From Verrucomicrobiota bacterium (GTDB taxonomy: Bacteria > Verrucomicrobiota > Verrucomicrobiia > Limisphaerales > CANJSG01): DNA of 64,000 nt. Of the stretch, positions 9,318 through 19,976 are shown in pieces (position 1 is the stretch's first letter; every line of letters starts with the position of its first letter). The notes under the pieces were generated by a model that was not told the DNA's origin, did no database searches, and saw only the letters and a program-made list of their open reading frames with translations. A program made the translations under genes and the position numbers. The stretch spans positions 748-64,747 of the forward strand of contig JAYVSO010000069.1 in NCBI GenBank assembly GCA_043775315.1, in the 5' to 3' direction.

Positions 9318-10812
9318 CCGGCGGGAGGTCTTCCGCATTGATCTTGGCCGCATTTTCAAACCGGGTGTATTTCTTGAAAAACGTCAGGTGAACGTCGCCC
9401 GTCGGGCCGTTTCGCTGTTTGGCGATCAACACGTTCACCGGAATGACGTCCGACTCAACCCCATCCTCGCCGTCGTCGTCACGGCTTTTTGCGCGGCCCG
9501 GGCTGCTGGGGTCCGCCTTGTAGAGCAGACCCACCAGGTCGGCGTCCTGTTCGATCGCGCCGGACTCGCGCAGATCCGAGAGCTTGGGCTTGCGGTCCTT
9601 GTCCTTCTCGAATTCGCGGTTCAACTGGCCGAGGACGATCACGGGAACCTTCAGTTCCTTAGCGATGCCTTTGATGCCGCTGGAAATGTCCGCGATCTCC
9701 TGCTGGCGGTTGTCGGCGCGCCGGTTGGTCGAGTGGAGGAGCTGGAGGTAGTCGATCACGAACAGCCGGACGCCGTGCTGCTGCCACATCCGGCGGGCCT
9801 TGGCGCGGAGCTGGAGGATTGAGAGGCCGCTGGTGTCGTCGATGTAGAGCGGAGCGGCGGCCAAACGTCCTGCCCAGCTGGTGAGTTTGGCGAAGTCGGT
9901 CTCGGCCAAAAAACCCTCGCGGATGTTCCGCATGTTGACCCGGGCACAGGAGGAGATCATGCGCATGACCAGCGATTCCGAGGTCATTTCCAGGCTGAAC
10001 ACTCCCACGGGAATCTTCTGCTCGATCGCCACATGCTCCACGATGTTCATGGCGAACGAGGTCTTGCCCATCGAAGGACGGGCCGCGATGACCACCATGT
10101 CGCCCGGTTGCAAGCCGTTGGTCATCTTGTCGAGATCGGTGAAACCGGTCGCAATGCCCGTCGGCTGGCCCTGTTGCAGGTAATACTGCTGGATCTTCTC
10201 GATGGTCTTGTTGACCAGCTCCTTCATGCCTGGAGTCGCCGTCGAGACCCGTTCCTGGCTGATCGAGAGGATGTCCTTCTCCACCTCGTCGAGCAGGCCG
10301 TCGACGGACTCCGTGTTCTCGTAGGCCTTGGCCAATCCGCCCGAACAGACCTGGATCATCCGGCGAAGGATGTATTTCTCCCAGACGGCATTGAGGTAGG
10401 TGCCGATCATCGCGGGCGACGCCACCATGTCGGGCAGCGACGCGACATAAGCCCGGCCACCGGCCGCTTCGAGGAGTCCGCGATCCTTCAGCCGCTGCGG
10501 AACGGTGATCAGATCGATGTGCTCCTTCGCGTCATACATTCCGGCCAGCAGATCGAAGAGGACCTGATGCCGCATGTCGTAGAACGCTGCGGAACCGCAC
10601 TTGAGCTTCTCCAGGCATTCCCCCATGCAATCCTGCGGCGCGAGCAGCACGCAGCCAAGGACGGCCTGCTCCGCTTCAGCGGCGTGCGGAGGCAACTGGT
10701 CGCCGGGGCGCATGTGGTTGGTCGACGAATCCTCGCTCTTCCGGCTCCGGCGTTTCCGCGCGAAGCCCTGCTCGGGCGGCTGTCCGCCGGGAATATCCGT
10801 TCCATCGATCAT
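9310..10812 (-). CDS. dnaB: Replicative DNA helicase
   Basis: PPHAAEAEQAVLG, AARPSMGKT Walker A, IDYLQL, LSDLRESGAIEQDAD, KQRNGPTG; start uncertain (ATG 10812). Confidence 0.97.
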   Translation of the reverse strand: MIDGTDIPGGQPPEQGFARKRRSRKSEDSSTNHMRPGDQLPPHAAEAEQAVLGCVLLAPQDCMGECLEKLKCGSAAFYDMRHQVLFDLLAGMYDAKEHIDLITVPQRLKDRGLLEAAGGRAYVASLPDMVASPAMIGTYLNAVWEKYILRRMIQVCSGGLAKAYENTESVDGLLDEVEKDILSISQERVSTATPGMKELVNKTIEKIQQYYLQQGQPTGIATGFTDLDKMTNGLQPGDMVVIAARPSMGKTSFAMNIVEHVAIEQKIPVGVFSLEMTSESLVMRMISSCARVNMRNIREGFLAETDFAKLTSWAGRLAAAPLYIDDTSGLSILQLRAKARRMWQQHGVRLFVIDYLQLLHSTNRRADNRQQEIADISSGIKGIAKELKVPVIVLGQLNREFEKDKDRKPKLSDLRESGAIEQDADLVGLLYKADPSSPGRAKSRDDDGEDGVESDVIPVNVLIAKQRNGPTGDVHLTFFKKYTRFENAAKINAEDLPPDA

Positions 10813-10972
10813 GAGCCGGAGAGTAAACCTCGCATCGAGCCGCGCGGGCAAAGGCTTTCAGGATTTCGGATCAATTGGTTGTTAACCCTTGCCCACCGGC
10901 TGTTCACAGCCGGGACGGCCGGCTTTTGCATAGACAAATCCCCGGCACCGCAGCGTCCTCCTTCTGAACCCG

Positions 10973-11485
10973 ATGCCCGGCCACCCTGATCTCGCCAGCC
11001 TTTACGACGCCCATGCCGGGCCGGTGTTCGCGTTCGCCTTAAACCTGACCCGCTCGGAAGCCGACGCCCGCGACGTGCTCCAGGAAGTCTTCATCCGCCT
11101 CGCCAAACAGGCGGACGCGTCGGAGCCGATCCGGGATGTGCGAGGCTTTCTCCTCCGGCTCGCCCACAACCAGATCGTCGACCTCAGCCGTCGCCGTGAC
11201 ACACGGAACCGCCGGGAAGAAGCCTTCCAGACCGATGCGCTGGAACTGTTCGCACCGTCAGCCGATCCGGACGAAGCCGCCTTTCGCGCCCAACTCACAG
11301 CCTCGCTGGCCGAACTGCCCGAAGACCAGCGCGCCGCAGTTCATCTCAAGCTGTGGGAAGGACTCACCTTCGAGCAGATCGCCGAGACACTCGACATACC
11401 TGCGAACACCGCCGCCAGTCGCTACCGCTATGGTTTAGACAAACTTCGCACGCGGCTGCGTCCCCTTTACGAAGAGATCCGCTGA
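10973..11485 (+). CDS. ECF (sigma-70 family) RNA polymerase sigma factor
   Basis: DARDVLQEVFIRL region 2, LPEDQRAAVHLKLWEGLTFEQIAETL region 4. Confidence 0.93.
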   Translation: MPGHPDLASLYDAHAGPVFAFALNLTRSEADARDVLQEVFIRLAKQADASEPIRDVRGFLLRLAHNQIVDLSRRRDTRNRREEAFQTDALELFAPSADPDEAAFRAQLTASLAELPEDQRAAVHLKLWEGLTFEQIAETLDIPANTAASRYRYGLDKLRTRLRPLYEEIR

Positions 11486-11498
11486 ACCAGTCATCGCC

Positions 11499-12023
11499 AT
11501 GAAACCGTCCGAACATCCCCTGCCAAACGGCCACGATCCGCTGGAAGATCGCCTTCGCCGGACCACCTTCCGGCCACCGGCACCCGCCTGGCGCGACGAA
11601 ATTCTCGCCGCCGCCCAAACCTCCGTAACCGCCGAGGCGACGAGGCGGAGTCCTGCCGGACGGCCACAAGTTGGTGCCGAAACCCCGTCCTGGCCGCATC
11701 TCCTCCTGCGCTGGCTCCGAGGCGTTCCCACCGAATGGTCGGCTGCCGCCGCGCTGTGGCTTCTGATCGTCGCCATCAACTCGGTGTCATCCTCCGGCAA
11801 CTCCAACACGTCGGCGGACTCGTCTTCTCTGGCCCAAGATTCGGCCGAGCAGCGCGGAGAATCCGTTCAACAAGCGTTGGCCTATCGCCGGCAACTCCTC
11901 AGCGAACTGCAAGGCAACGGTGATTCCGACGATCTGCCCCTCCGGCCTCGTCCTGAAGCCGAACGTCCGAAGCGCCAGTTGAATTTCCTCGGCACCAACG
12001 GTCCCGCCGCCACCAGCGCCTGA
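11499..12023 (+). CDS. Putative anti-sigma factor-like membrane protein
   Basis: Directly after ECF sigma; LEDRLRR...PAPAWRDEIL N-terminus then one hydrophobic segment. Confidence 0.6.
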   Translation: MKPSEHPLPNGHDPLEDRLRRTTFRPPAPAWRDEILAAAQTSVTAEATRRSPAGRPQVGAETPSWPHLLLRWLRGVPTEWSAAAALWLLIVAINSVSSSGNSNTSADSSSLAQDSAEQRGESVQQALAYRRQLLSELQGNGDSDDLPLRPRPEAERPKRQLNFLGTNGPAATSA

Positions 12024-12046
12024 CCCAAGCCTCAACACCCATTCCC

Positions 12047-13897
12047 ATGAAACTCCGCGACACCCTAAGCGCCACCCTTTTGTCCCACGCCGACGCCCCG
12101 CGCCGCTGGAATTCTCCACTCAGTCCCGAACCCGACAAACCCTACCCGCTCTGGCTGCTCGCCCTGCGCACCTTGCTGTGGGCTGCGGTCTTCACCGGGC
12201 TTTGCTGGCTATGGCTTCACGCCGCTTACGGCCAATGGGTCATCCTGTGGTGGCCCTTCTGGATGATCATCTCCATCGGTGTCGTCTGGGGAGGAATGAC
12301 CGTGCTGGCATGGAACCGCCGAGCTGCCCGCCTCCGAAACGCAGCCGCCGCCGACCAGCCTGCGCCCGTGCAGGAACGCCTGCCGCTCTGGGCCCGCTTC
12401 ACTCTCGTGCCGATCTACTACCTGCTCTTCTTCGTGCTGACCCCGTTGGTCCTGGCGTTGTCCGTCGCCAACACGATCTACCAAGCCAAATGGTCGAGCT
12501 ATCGTCAGGAACTTGTTTCGCGAAGCGTCGAACTCGATATCACGCGCATGGCTCCCAAGCCGGTTCCCGACTCCGAAAACTTCGCCAGCACGCCGTTCTT
12601 CAAAGATTGCCCCTTCACCCACGACAGCAACCGGGGGCCCAACCATCCGTTTTGGGAACGAACGAAGAAGGTAACCCTTCCAGACCGAATCCGCCCAAGC
12701 ACCCCTCCTTGGAAGCAGCAACATGCCCTCCCCCTCGGACCCGCACGGACGGCCATGACCAATGAGGCCATCTTCCCGCAAGCCCCGGCAAATTCGACCG
12801 ATGCGGCCGCCGTGCTCGCGGCCTTGAAGGGCTTGGACGACAAACTCAGGGAAATCGAAGGCGCCGCCACCCGTCCGGCCATGGTGTTTCCAATTCGCTA
12901 TCAGGACACCTTCAGCGCCCTGTTGCCGCACGTGGGTCCAATCAAAAACTTCAGCGCGATCTACAGCCTCCGTGCCTCGGCCCGCCTCGCGTCCTCGAAT
13001 GCCAGCGGTGGATTGCAGGATGTGAAGACAGGTTTTCGTTTGGGCAACTTCTCCGCCTCGGAGCCCTTGCTGATTTGCTACCTCGTCGGGGTTGCCATGG
13101 ACGCGCAGACCCTGCAACCGATTTGGGAAGGCCTTCAGGCCAAGGCTTGGAACGATTCCCAGTTGGCCGAATTGGACTCGCTCTTAGCCGCCCGGGACTA
13201 CGCCGCCCTCAGTCGCAGGGCCGTGGACGGGGAACGGGCCTTCGGCACAACGAGTATGGAGATTTGGATCGGCGACCGGGGAGAGCTGGCGAAGTCAGTC
13301 AAGCTAGTGGACCCCTTCGAAATGGCCGGCTTCATGAATACAATCACCGCAGCAAGTGGCCGTTTCTTCATCTCCCAAAACCTGATCTCCATCAACCGCT
13401 GGTATGAACAGCTCCTGCCCAGGGATGGTTCTTCGCCCGATTTCCGAACCGCCCAAGAGACGATGTCCACGCTGATCGCCCGGCCGAAACATCCTTCCGA
13501 AGCCCTCGTTCGTATGCTGTTCCCGGCCATCGGCAACTTCTTTGAGAAGAGCGTCACGGCGCAGACGCACCAGGCGCTCGCCCGCACGGCAATCGCGCTG
13601 GAGCGCCATCAGCTCGCAACCGGAAGCTACCCGGATACCTTGGCGGCACTGACACCGAAGTTCCTTCCGACCGCGCTCATTGATCCCTTCTCGAAGGCAG
13701 CCTTCCACTACACCAAGACGGCGGACGGTCGCTACCTCATCTACTCCGTCGGATCCAACGGCCACGACGACAAAGGACGGGCCGTAAAAAGGAAGCAGAG
13801 GGACGATTTCGGGTTACGTATGGACTCCAACAGCCCAACCACCGAACCCGCCGTTGCCGACGACATCGCGTGGACCTACCTGCCGCTGGAGAAGTAA
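12047..13897 (+). CDS. Membrane-anchored hypothetical protein with C-terminal pseudopilin (GspG)-like motif
   Basis: Three N-terminal TM segments, large helical domain, ALERHQLATGSYPDTL...DPF...Y...LIYSVGSNGHDD motif. Confidence 0.7.
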   Translation: MKLRDTLSATLLSHADAPRRWNSPLSPEPDKPYPLWLLALRTLLWAAVFTGLCWLWLHAAYGQWVILWWPFWMIISIGVVWGGMTVLAWNRRAARLRNAAAADQPAPVQERLPLWARFTLVPIYYLLFFVLTPLVLALSVANTIYQAKWSSYRQELVSRSVELDITRMAPKPVPDSENFASTPFFKDCPFTHDSNRGPNHPFWERTKKVTLPDRIRPSTPPWKQQHALPLGPARTAMTNEAIFPQAPANSTDAAAVLAALKGLDDKLREIEGAATRPAMVFPIRYQDTFSALLPHVGPIKNFSAIYSLRASARLASSNASGGLQDVKTGFRLGNFSASEPLLICYLVGVAMDAQTLQPIWEGLQAKAWNDSQLAELDSLLAARDYAALSRRAVDGERAFGTTSMEIWIGDRGELAKSVKLVDPFEMAGFMNTITAASGRFFISQNLISINRWYEQLLPRDGSSPDFRTAQETMSTLIARPKHPSEALVRMLFPAIGNFFEKSVTAQTHQALARTAIALERHQLATGSYPDTLAALTPKFLPTALIDPFSKAAFHYTKTADGRYLIYSVGSNGHDDKGRAVKRKQRDDFGLRMDSNSPTTEPAVADDIAWTYLPLEK

Positions 13898-13908
13898 CCG
13901 TGCCGGAA

Positions 13909-14729
13909 CTAACCGTTGGGCCATTCGGGGAGTGAATCGAGGAAATCGGCTCCAGCCCCGCGGAACCGGAGTGTCGTGCCGTCGATCTTCGTTGGTTTGA
14001 CCAGATTGCCGAAGATCGCCCCGACAATTCCCCCGCCCATCAGCAGCAGCACGCCCACAAGACCGGCGGCGCCGGAGCTCGATGCCACTGCCGAAAAAAT
14101 CAAGGCCAGGCCCAGCAGCACGGCACCCCAACAACTGCCGATCAACACCAAGCGCCGTTTCCGATGGAGATCGCAGAGATGCACCGAGACTGTCGCCTTT
14201 TTCCGGACGATCAGCGCGACGATGATGTAGATCAAAAGGGCGATCAGGATGATCAGGTAGTAGGCCGGCGGGTGCCACGAAACCTTCCGCTTCAACGGCG
14301 CCGAGTTGGTCGGCTCGTTGCACTTCAGGCAACGGCATGGAGTTCGGTGCCGTCCAGGGTCACGACATCCTTCTTGTGACGCCAGACATTGCCCAGGACG
14401 GCAACTGGAACACCCTCCTTCAGCCTCTGCAGCACGGCCGGTTTGCACCCCCCGCAGATGCGCATCCCGGACAAAGCGATGAGGTCCGACGGGCCGAACC
14501 AGCCCCCGCACGAGGAGCACTGTTCGCCACCGCCTGAAGGAGACGGCGGCGGCGACCCGGCCTGCGGCCTGACTGCCGACAAAGGTTCCCAACCAGCCAT
14601 GCCTTCGCGCCAGACCAACGCGGTTGCCGGAATCTCGCCCCGCGCGACCAGTTCATTGAAACGCTCCCCGGACACTGGACCCTGCTGAGCTCCGTCGATT
14701 GAGTAGAACCACATGCGGTCGGTTCTCAT
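13909..14729 (-). pseudogene. GYF_2/DUF4339-domain membrane protein split by a 1-nt frameshift (or sequencing error)
   Basis: WFYSIDGAQQGPVS...LVWREGMAGW in one frame; CRCLKCNEP and TM segments in another; one extra C at ~14340 (CTC CCA TGC) fuses them. Confidence 0.75.
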
Positions 14730-14829
14730 GCCCGGCCGGATCCGCAAATCCAAGCCGGAAACATCGCCCGCGCGCGCCGCACCCGACCCGGGTTACCCGA
14801 AAGGCCCACGAACCGCACGCAGCCGGGAT

Positions 14830-14879
14830 TTGACATTCAAACATCTGTTTGAAATATATCTTTCAAACAAATGTTTGAG
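14830..14879 (+). promoter_or_regulatory. TTGACA -35 box plus two TetR-type operator palindromes
   Basis: TTGACA 14830-14835; TTCAAACATCTGTTTGAA 14836-14853; TTCAAACAAATGTTTGAG 14862-14879, immediately before the TetR start. Confidence 0.85.
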
Positions 14880-15593
14880 ATGGCGGAAACCAAAGACAAT
14901 CCAACGGTCCAGCCCGGCACCCGGGAAGCCCTGCTCGAGGCGGCGGCCGAGGTGATCGCCGAAACGGGCTTCCGCAGTGCCCGCGTGCGCGACATCTGCG
15001 AGCGTGCAGGCGCGAACGTGGCCGCGGTGAACTACCACTTCGGCGACAAGGAGGGCCTCTATGCCGCGCTGATCCAGTCGGCGTTCGACCAGGTCATCGC
15101 CCGGTTCCCGCTCGACGCCGGAGTAACCGCGTCGAGCACGCCCGAGGAACGGTTCCTCGCCTTTGTCCGTGGCTACCTCCAGCGGATCCTCGCGGCCGGC
15201 GCCCAGTGCCGCCACGGCCGGATCGTGATGCGGGAGATGATCGAACCGACCTCGGCCCTAGACTTGATGGTGGAGAAGGTTGTTAAACCCACGAGCCTCC
15301 TCCTGGACGACATCCTGAGGCAACTGCTCGGGCCCGGGTTTCCCGAGGCGAGTCGACGCCAGACGGCCCTCAGCATCATCGGCCAGATCGTCTTCTACGC
15401 CCACTGCCGTCCGGTGCTCGAGCGGATGAATCCCGACTTCAAGCTGGACCAGGGCGACCTCGAATCACTGGTCAACCACGTGGCGCAGTTTTCCCTGGGC
15501 GGCATCCGGGCCCTGAAGGATGCGGACCAAACCGGGAAACGGATACGCACCCCACCCGGAAGAAGCATTCCAACGGCTCGCCGGCGAAAATAG
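14880..15593 (+). CDS. TetR/AcrR family regulator (CecR-like)
   Basis: TREALLEAAAEVIAETGF...ICERAGANVAAVNYHFGDKEGLY HTH; FSLGGI near C-terminus. Confidence 0.93.
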   Translation: MAETKDNPTVQPGTREALLEAAAEVIAETGFRSARVRDICERAGANVAAVNYHFGDKEGLYAALIQSAFDQVIARFPLDAGVTASSTPEERFLAFVRGYLQRILAAGAQCRHGRIVMREMIEPTSALDLMVEKVVKPTSLLLDDILRQLLGPGFPEASRRQTALSIIGQIVFYAHCRPVLERMNPDFKLDQGDLESLVNHVAQFSLGGIRALKDADQTGKRIRTPPGRSIPTARRRK

Positions 15594-15604
15594 GACCCAT
15601 CCGC

Positions 15605-16736
15605 ATGTATCGACTCGGACTCAAGATGCTGTTCGCCGATAGGGCCAAATACATCATGCTGCTCAGCGGCATGGCCTTCGCGGCGTTGCTCATGACGCAG
15701 CAGGCCGGCGTGTTCGTCGGCATCATCGAGTGGACCAAGGGCAACCTGAAGAACATGCGCGCGCCGATCTGGGTGGTGGACCCCAAGGTCGAGCAGGTCA
15801 ACGAGGTGAAGCCCATGCGCGATACGGATGTGAGCCGGGTGCGCAGCATTCCCGGCGTGGCCTGGGCCGTGCCGATGTATTGGGGCATCCTCCAGGCCCG
15901 CCTCACCGACGGAACCTTCAAACCAATCCAGCTCGTCGGTCTCGACAACGCGACGATGGTCGGGCGGCCGACGAAGATGTTGCAGGGCCGCGTGGAGGAC
16001 TTGCGGATCCCCAATGCCGTCATCATCGACGACCTCACGGTCAAGCGGCTGAGCGTCGGCCGGGCCAAGCCGCTTGGGATGGGGGACACCTTCGAGATGA
16101 ACGACAAGGAGGCCCGCGTCGTCGGCATCTGCCAGACGGAGAAATCGTTCTTCGGCTACCCCTACATCTTCTCCACCTACGAGCAGGCCCTGCAGTTCGC
16201 GCCGCGCACGAGGAAGATGCTCAGCTACATCCTCGCGAGCCCGTCGGAGGGATGGACGCCGGAGCAGACGGCCCAGCAGATCCGCGAGAAGACGGGCCTG
16301 GGCGCCTACACGGAGGAGGCTTTCGGCGCGTCCACGGTGAGTTGGTTCTTCAAGAACACGGGCATCCCCATCTCGTTCATGACGACGATCATCCTCGGAT
16401 TCATCGTCGGCATCGCCGTGGCCGGACAGACGTTCTACTCCTTCATCCTGGAGAACCTGCGGCACTTCGGGGCGCTCAAGGCGATGGGCGCGAGCGACGG
16501 CCTGATCACGCGAATGGTGCTGTTGCAGGCCTTCACCGTGGGGATCATCGGCTACGGCATCGGCCTCGGCCTCTCGTGTTTCATCGGTTGGAAATTCATC
16601 CAGATGGGCCAGCCGCCTTTCGCGCTGCCGTATCAATTGCCGCTCGGCTCGTTTGCAGCCGTGCTTTTCATTTGCACCTTCGCCTCGCTGCTCGGCATCC
16701 GTCAGGTGCGTAAACTTGAACCCGCCGTCGTCTTCC

Positions 16737-16744
<8 letters not shown>
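15605..16744 (+). CDS. ABC transporter permease (FtsX/MacB/DevC-like)
   Basis: N-terminal TM, periplasmic loop, FGALKAMGA motif, LEPAVVFRG end. Confidence 0.92.
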
Positions 16745-17483
<739 letters not shown>

Positions 17484-17498
17484 ACCGAGACTTCTCCC

Positions 17499-18479
17499 AT
17501 GATCTTCAAACGACTGAGCTTCTACCTGGCCATCATCGGAATCGTTGGCGGCATCGTGCTCGTGCTCAAGCAGCGTGAGAAACCGCCTTCTCCCCCGCCG
17601 CTTTCCGAGCCGACGCGTTCGCCCTACAAGGACTTCGTCGCCGCCACCGGAATCATCGAGGCCAAGCGCGAGAACGTGTCCATCGCGACGCCGCGCCCCG
17701 GGCTGGTGACGAAAGTGTTCGTCGAGGTCGGTTCCGCCGTGACCGAAGGCCAGCCGCTGCTCCATCTCGACAACCGCGAGGCGACGGCCCGCCTCGCCTC
17801 CGCCCGCGCGCAAATCGGCAGCCTCGAAGCGCAGCGCGACGTGGAAAAGGTTTCCACCGACGACTTGTCCGACCAGCTCGACCGCGTGGAGAAGCTGTTG
17901 AAGAACGAGGTCGCCACCGAGGACGAGCGCAAGCGGAAGTGGTTCACGGTCGAGGCCGCCAGGGCGCGCCAGGCCAAGATCGCGGCGGACATCGAGACGC
18001 TCCGCGCCCAGATCCGGCAGTCGGAAACCGAGCTGGAAGTGCTCACCGTCCGGGCTCCGCGTGATGGGAAGATTCTCCAGCTCAACGTGCGCGCCGGCGA
18101 ATACGCCAGCCTCGGCGTCAATGCCGCGCCGCTGATGATCCTGGGAGATGTGGCCACACTCCAGATCCGGGCCGATGTGGACGAACAGAACGCGCCGCTG
18201 GTCGTCGCCGGACAGGCCGGCACGGCGTTCCTCAAGGGCAGCAACGACAAGAAAATGCCGCTCCGCTTCATCCGAATCGAACCGTTAGTCGTGCCCAAGA
18301 AGTCCCTCACGGGCGACTCCGCGGAACGTGTCGACACGCGCGTCCTCCAGATCATCTATGACATGGAGCTTCCGGCATTTCCCATCTACGTCGGCCAGCA
18401 GGTCGACGTCTTCATCGCGCGCCCGGCCTCCGCGGGTCCGATCCAGCCCGGCACCAACACGACCGCCGACGTCCATTGA
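17499..18479 (+). CDS. Efflux periplasmic adaptor (HlyD/MFP family)
   Basis: N-terminal anchor, lipoyl-like halves (VEVGSAVTEGQPL / VRAPRDGKIL), coiled coil, ERVDTRVLQ. Confidence 0.92.
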   Translation: MIFKRLSFYLAIIGIVGGIVLVLKQREKPPSPPPLSEPTRSPYKDFVAATGIIEAKRENVSIATPRPGLVTKVFVEVGSAVTEGQPLLHLDNREATARLASARAQIGSLEAQRDVEKVSTDDLSDQLDRVEKLLKNEVATEDERKRKWFTVEAARARQAKIAADIETLRAQIRQSETELEVLTVRAPRDGKILQLNVRAGEYASLGVNAAPLMILGDVATLQIRADVDEQNAPLVVAGQAGTAFLKGSNDKKMPLRFIRIEPLVVPKKSLTGDSAERVDTRVLQIIYDMELPAFPIYVGQQVDVFIARPASAGPIQPGTNTTADVH

Positions 18480-18511
18480 CTTTGCACAAAACAATTCGAC
18501 CTATCCCGACC

Positions 18512-19858
18512 ATGAAAGTGTTCGCCTTAAGTTTCCTATCCACAGCCCTCGCGTTCGGCGTCGCCGCAGCGGAAACCACTTCGCCCGAAGTCATGGAGCT
18601 CTTCCGCCAACCGCTTACGCGCATGGAAGCGTTGGACATCGCGGCCCGCCACAACAGCGCGCTCACGAAGGCTCGCTCCGACATCGCGGCGGTCACCGGC
18701 CAGTCAAGGCAGCTTCGCTCCACGGGCATGCCACGAGTCCGCACGGATGCTTCGTTCCGCGCCAACGACCGGGGCAGCATCGAGAGCTTCGGGTTTGTCG
18801 ATTCCCCGGCGCAGAACTGGTCCGCCAACGCCCAGATCATTCAACCCCTCTACGAAGGCGGACGCATCACGGCAAACCGGGCCCAGAGCCGGATGGTCAG
18901 GGACCAGGCCGAGGCGACGCTTGGATCGACTGCCGCCAACACCGCATTGGAAGTGCTGACCGCCTACGACGACGCGCTGCTGGCCGCCGAACAGATCACC
19001 GTGCAGGAAGCGTCGATCGGGCTCCTCGGGAAGGAACTGGAAGACCAGAAGCGCCGCTTCGAGGCCGGCACCGCCCCGCGCTTCAACGTCCTCCGCGCAG
19101 AGGTTGCGGTGGCCAACGCGCAACCCCGTCTGATCCGCGCCAGAAACGCCTACCGCATCTCGAAGAACAATCTGATCAACCTGCTCGGCTACGACCTTCC
19201 GGCGGCCATGTGGAACGAGATCCCGCTGAAGCTTGCGGACAAACTGGCGGCCGAACCTCTATCGCTGACGGTCGAAGACGCGTTGACCTCCGCACGCGCC
19301 AAACGCCCCGAGCTCAAGTCGCTCACGCTTGCGGCGGACATCCAACGCGAGGCGGTCAAAGCCGCGAAGTCCGGAGCGAAACCGGTGGTCAACGGCTTTC
19401 TCGGATACGGGGCGCGCAACTCATCGTTCACCCGCGACCTTTCGGAAGAGAAGTCCGGATGGTTCGCCGGCGCCCAGTTGACCTGGGATCTTTGGGATGG
19501 CGATCTCACCAAGGGAAAAATCGCCGAAGCCCGGGCCGCACTAGAAAAGGCCGAAGAGACCATCCGCGAAACCGACCGAAGCATCTCGCTCGAAGTCCGC
19601 ACCGCGTGGTCGAACCTCGAAGAGTCCAGGGAAGTGCTCGAGTCGCAGAAGAAAGTCCTCGAGCAGGCCGAAGAAGCGCTGCGGTTGGCGAAGGCCCGCA
19701 CCGAAGCCGGCTCCGGCACCCAGCTGGAGGTCCTGGACGCCCAGACCGCCCTGACTGAATCCCGCACCACCCAGATCCAGGCTCTGCGCGACTATTCGGT
19801 CGCTCGCGCCCGCCTAGATCGTTCGACCGGGACACTGACCCTCCCGGGAATCCAATAA
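18512..19858 (+). CDS. TolC family outer membrane efflux protein
   Basis: Signal peptide, IIQPLYEGG, RFEAG...NVLRAE, LTWDLWDG, EAGSGTQLEVLDAQ. Confidence 0.92.
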   Translation: MKVFALSFLSTALAFGVAAAETTSPEVMELFRQPLTRMEALDIAARHNSALTKARSDIAAVTGQSRQLRSTGMPRVRTDASFRANDRGSIESFGFVDSPAQNWSANAQIIQPLYEGGRITANRAQSRMVRDQAEATLGSTAANTALEVLTAYDDALLAAEQITVQEASIGLLGKELEDQKRRFEAGTAPRFNVLRAEVAVANAQPRLIRARNAYRISKNNLINLLGYDLPAAMWNEIPLKLADKLAAEPLSLTVEDALTSARAKRPELKSLTLAADIQREAVKAAKSGAKPVVNGFLGYGARNSSFTRDLSEEKSGWFAGAQLTWDLWDGDLTKGKIAEARAALEKAEETIRETDRSISLEVRTAWSNLEESREVLESQKKVLEQAEEALRLAKARTEAGSGTQLEVLDAQTALTESRTTQIQALRDYSVARARLDRSTGTLTLPGIQ

Positions 19859-19914
19859 ACCTGGGAGCCTTCGGCCTTGCCTGGGCAAGGTCGATTGTTA
19901 CTGTCCGACGTCGT

Positions 19915-19950
19915 CACGACCACCTTTTGACAGGTGGTCGTGCTTTTTTT
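19915..19950 (+). terminator. Intrinsic terminator after efflux operon
   Basis: CACGACCACCT-tttgac-AGGTGGTCGTG stem followed by C and T7. Confidence 0.75.
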
Positions 19951-19976
19951 CCCAGTCATTGAAACAGCGTCGCGCA

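Noticed and set aside
10896-10913. Palindrome CCGGCTGTTCACAGCCGG between dnaB and the ECF sigma gene, loosely DnaA-box-like
   Set aside because: Several mismatches to TTATCCACA, single copy, no origin-like AT-rich region.
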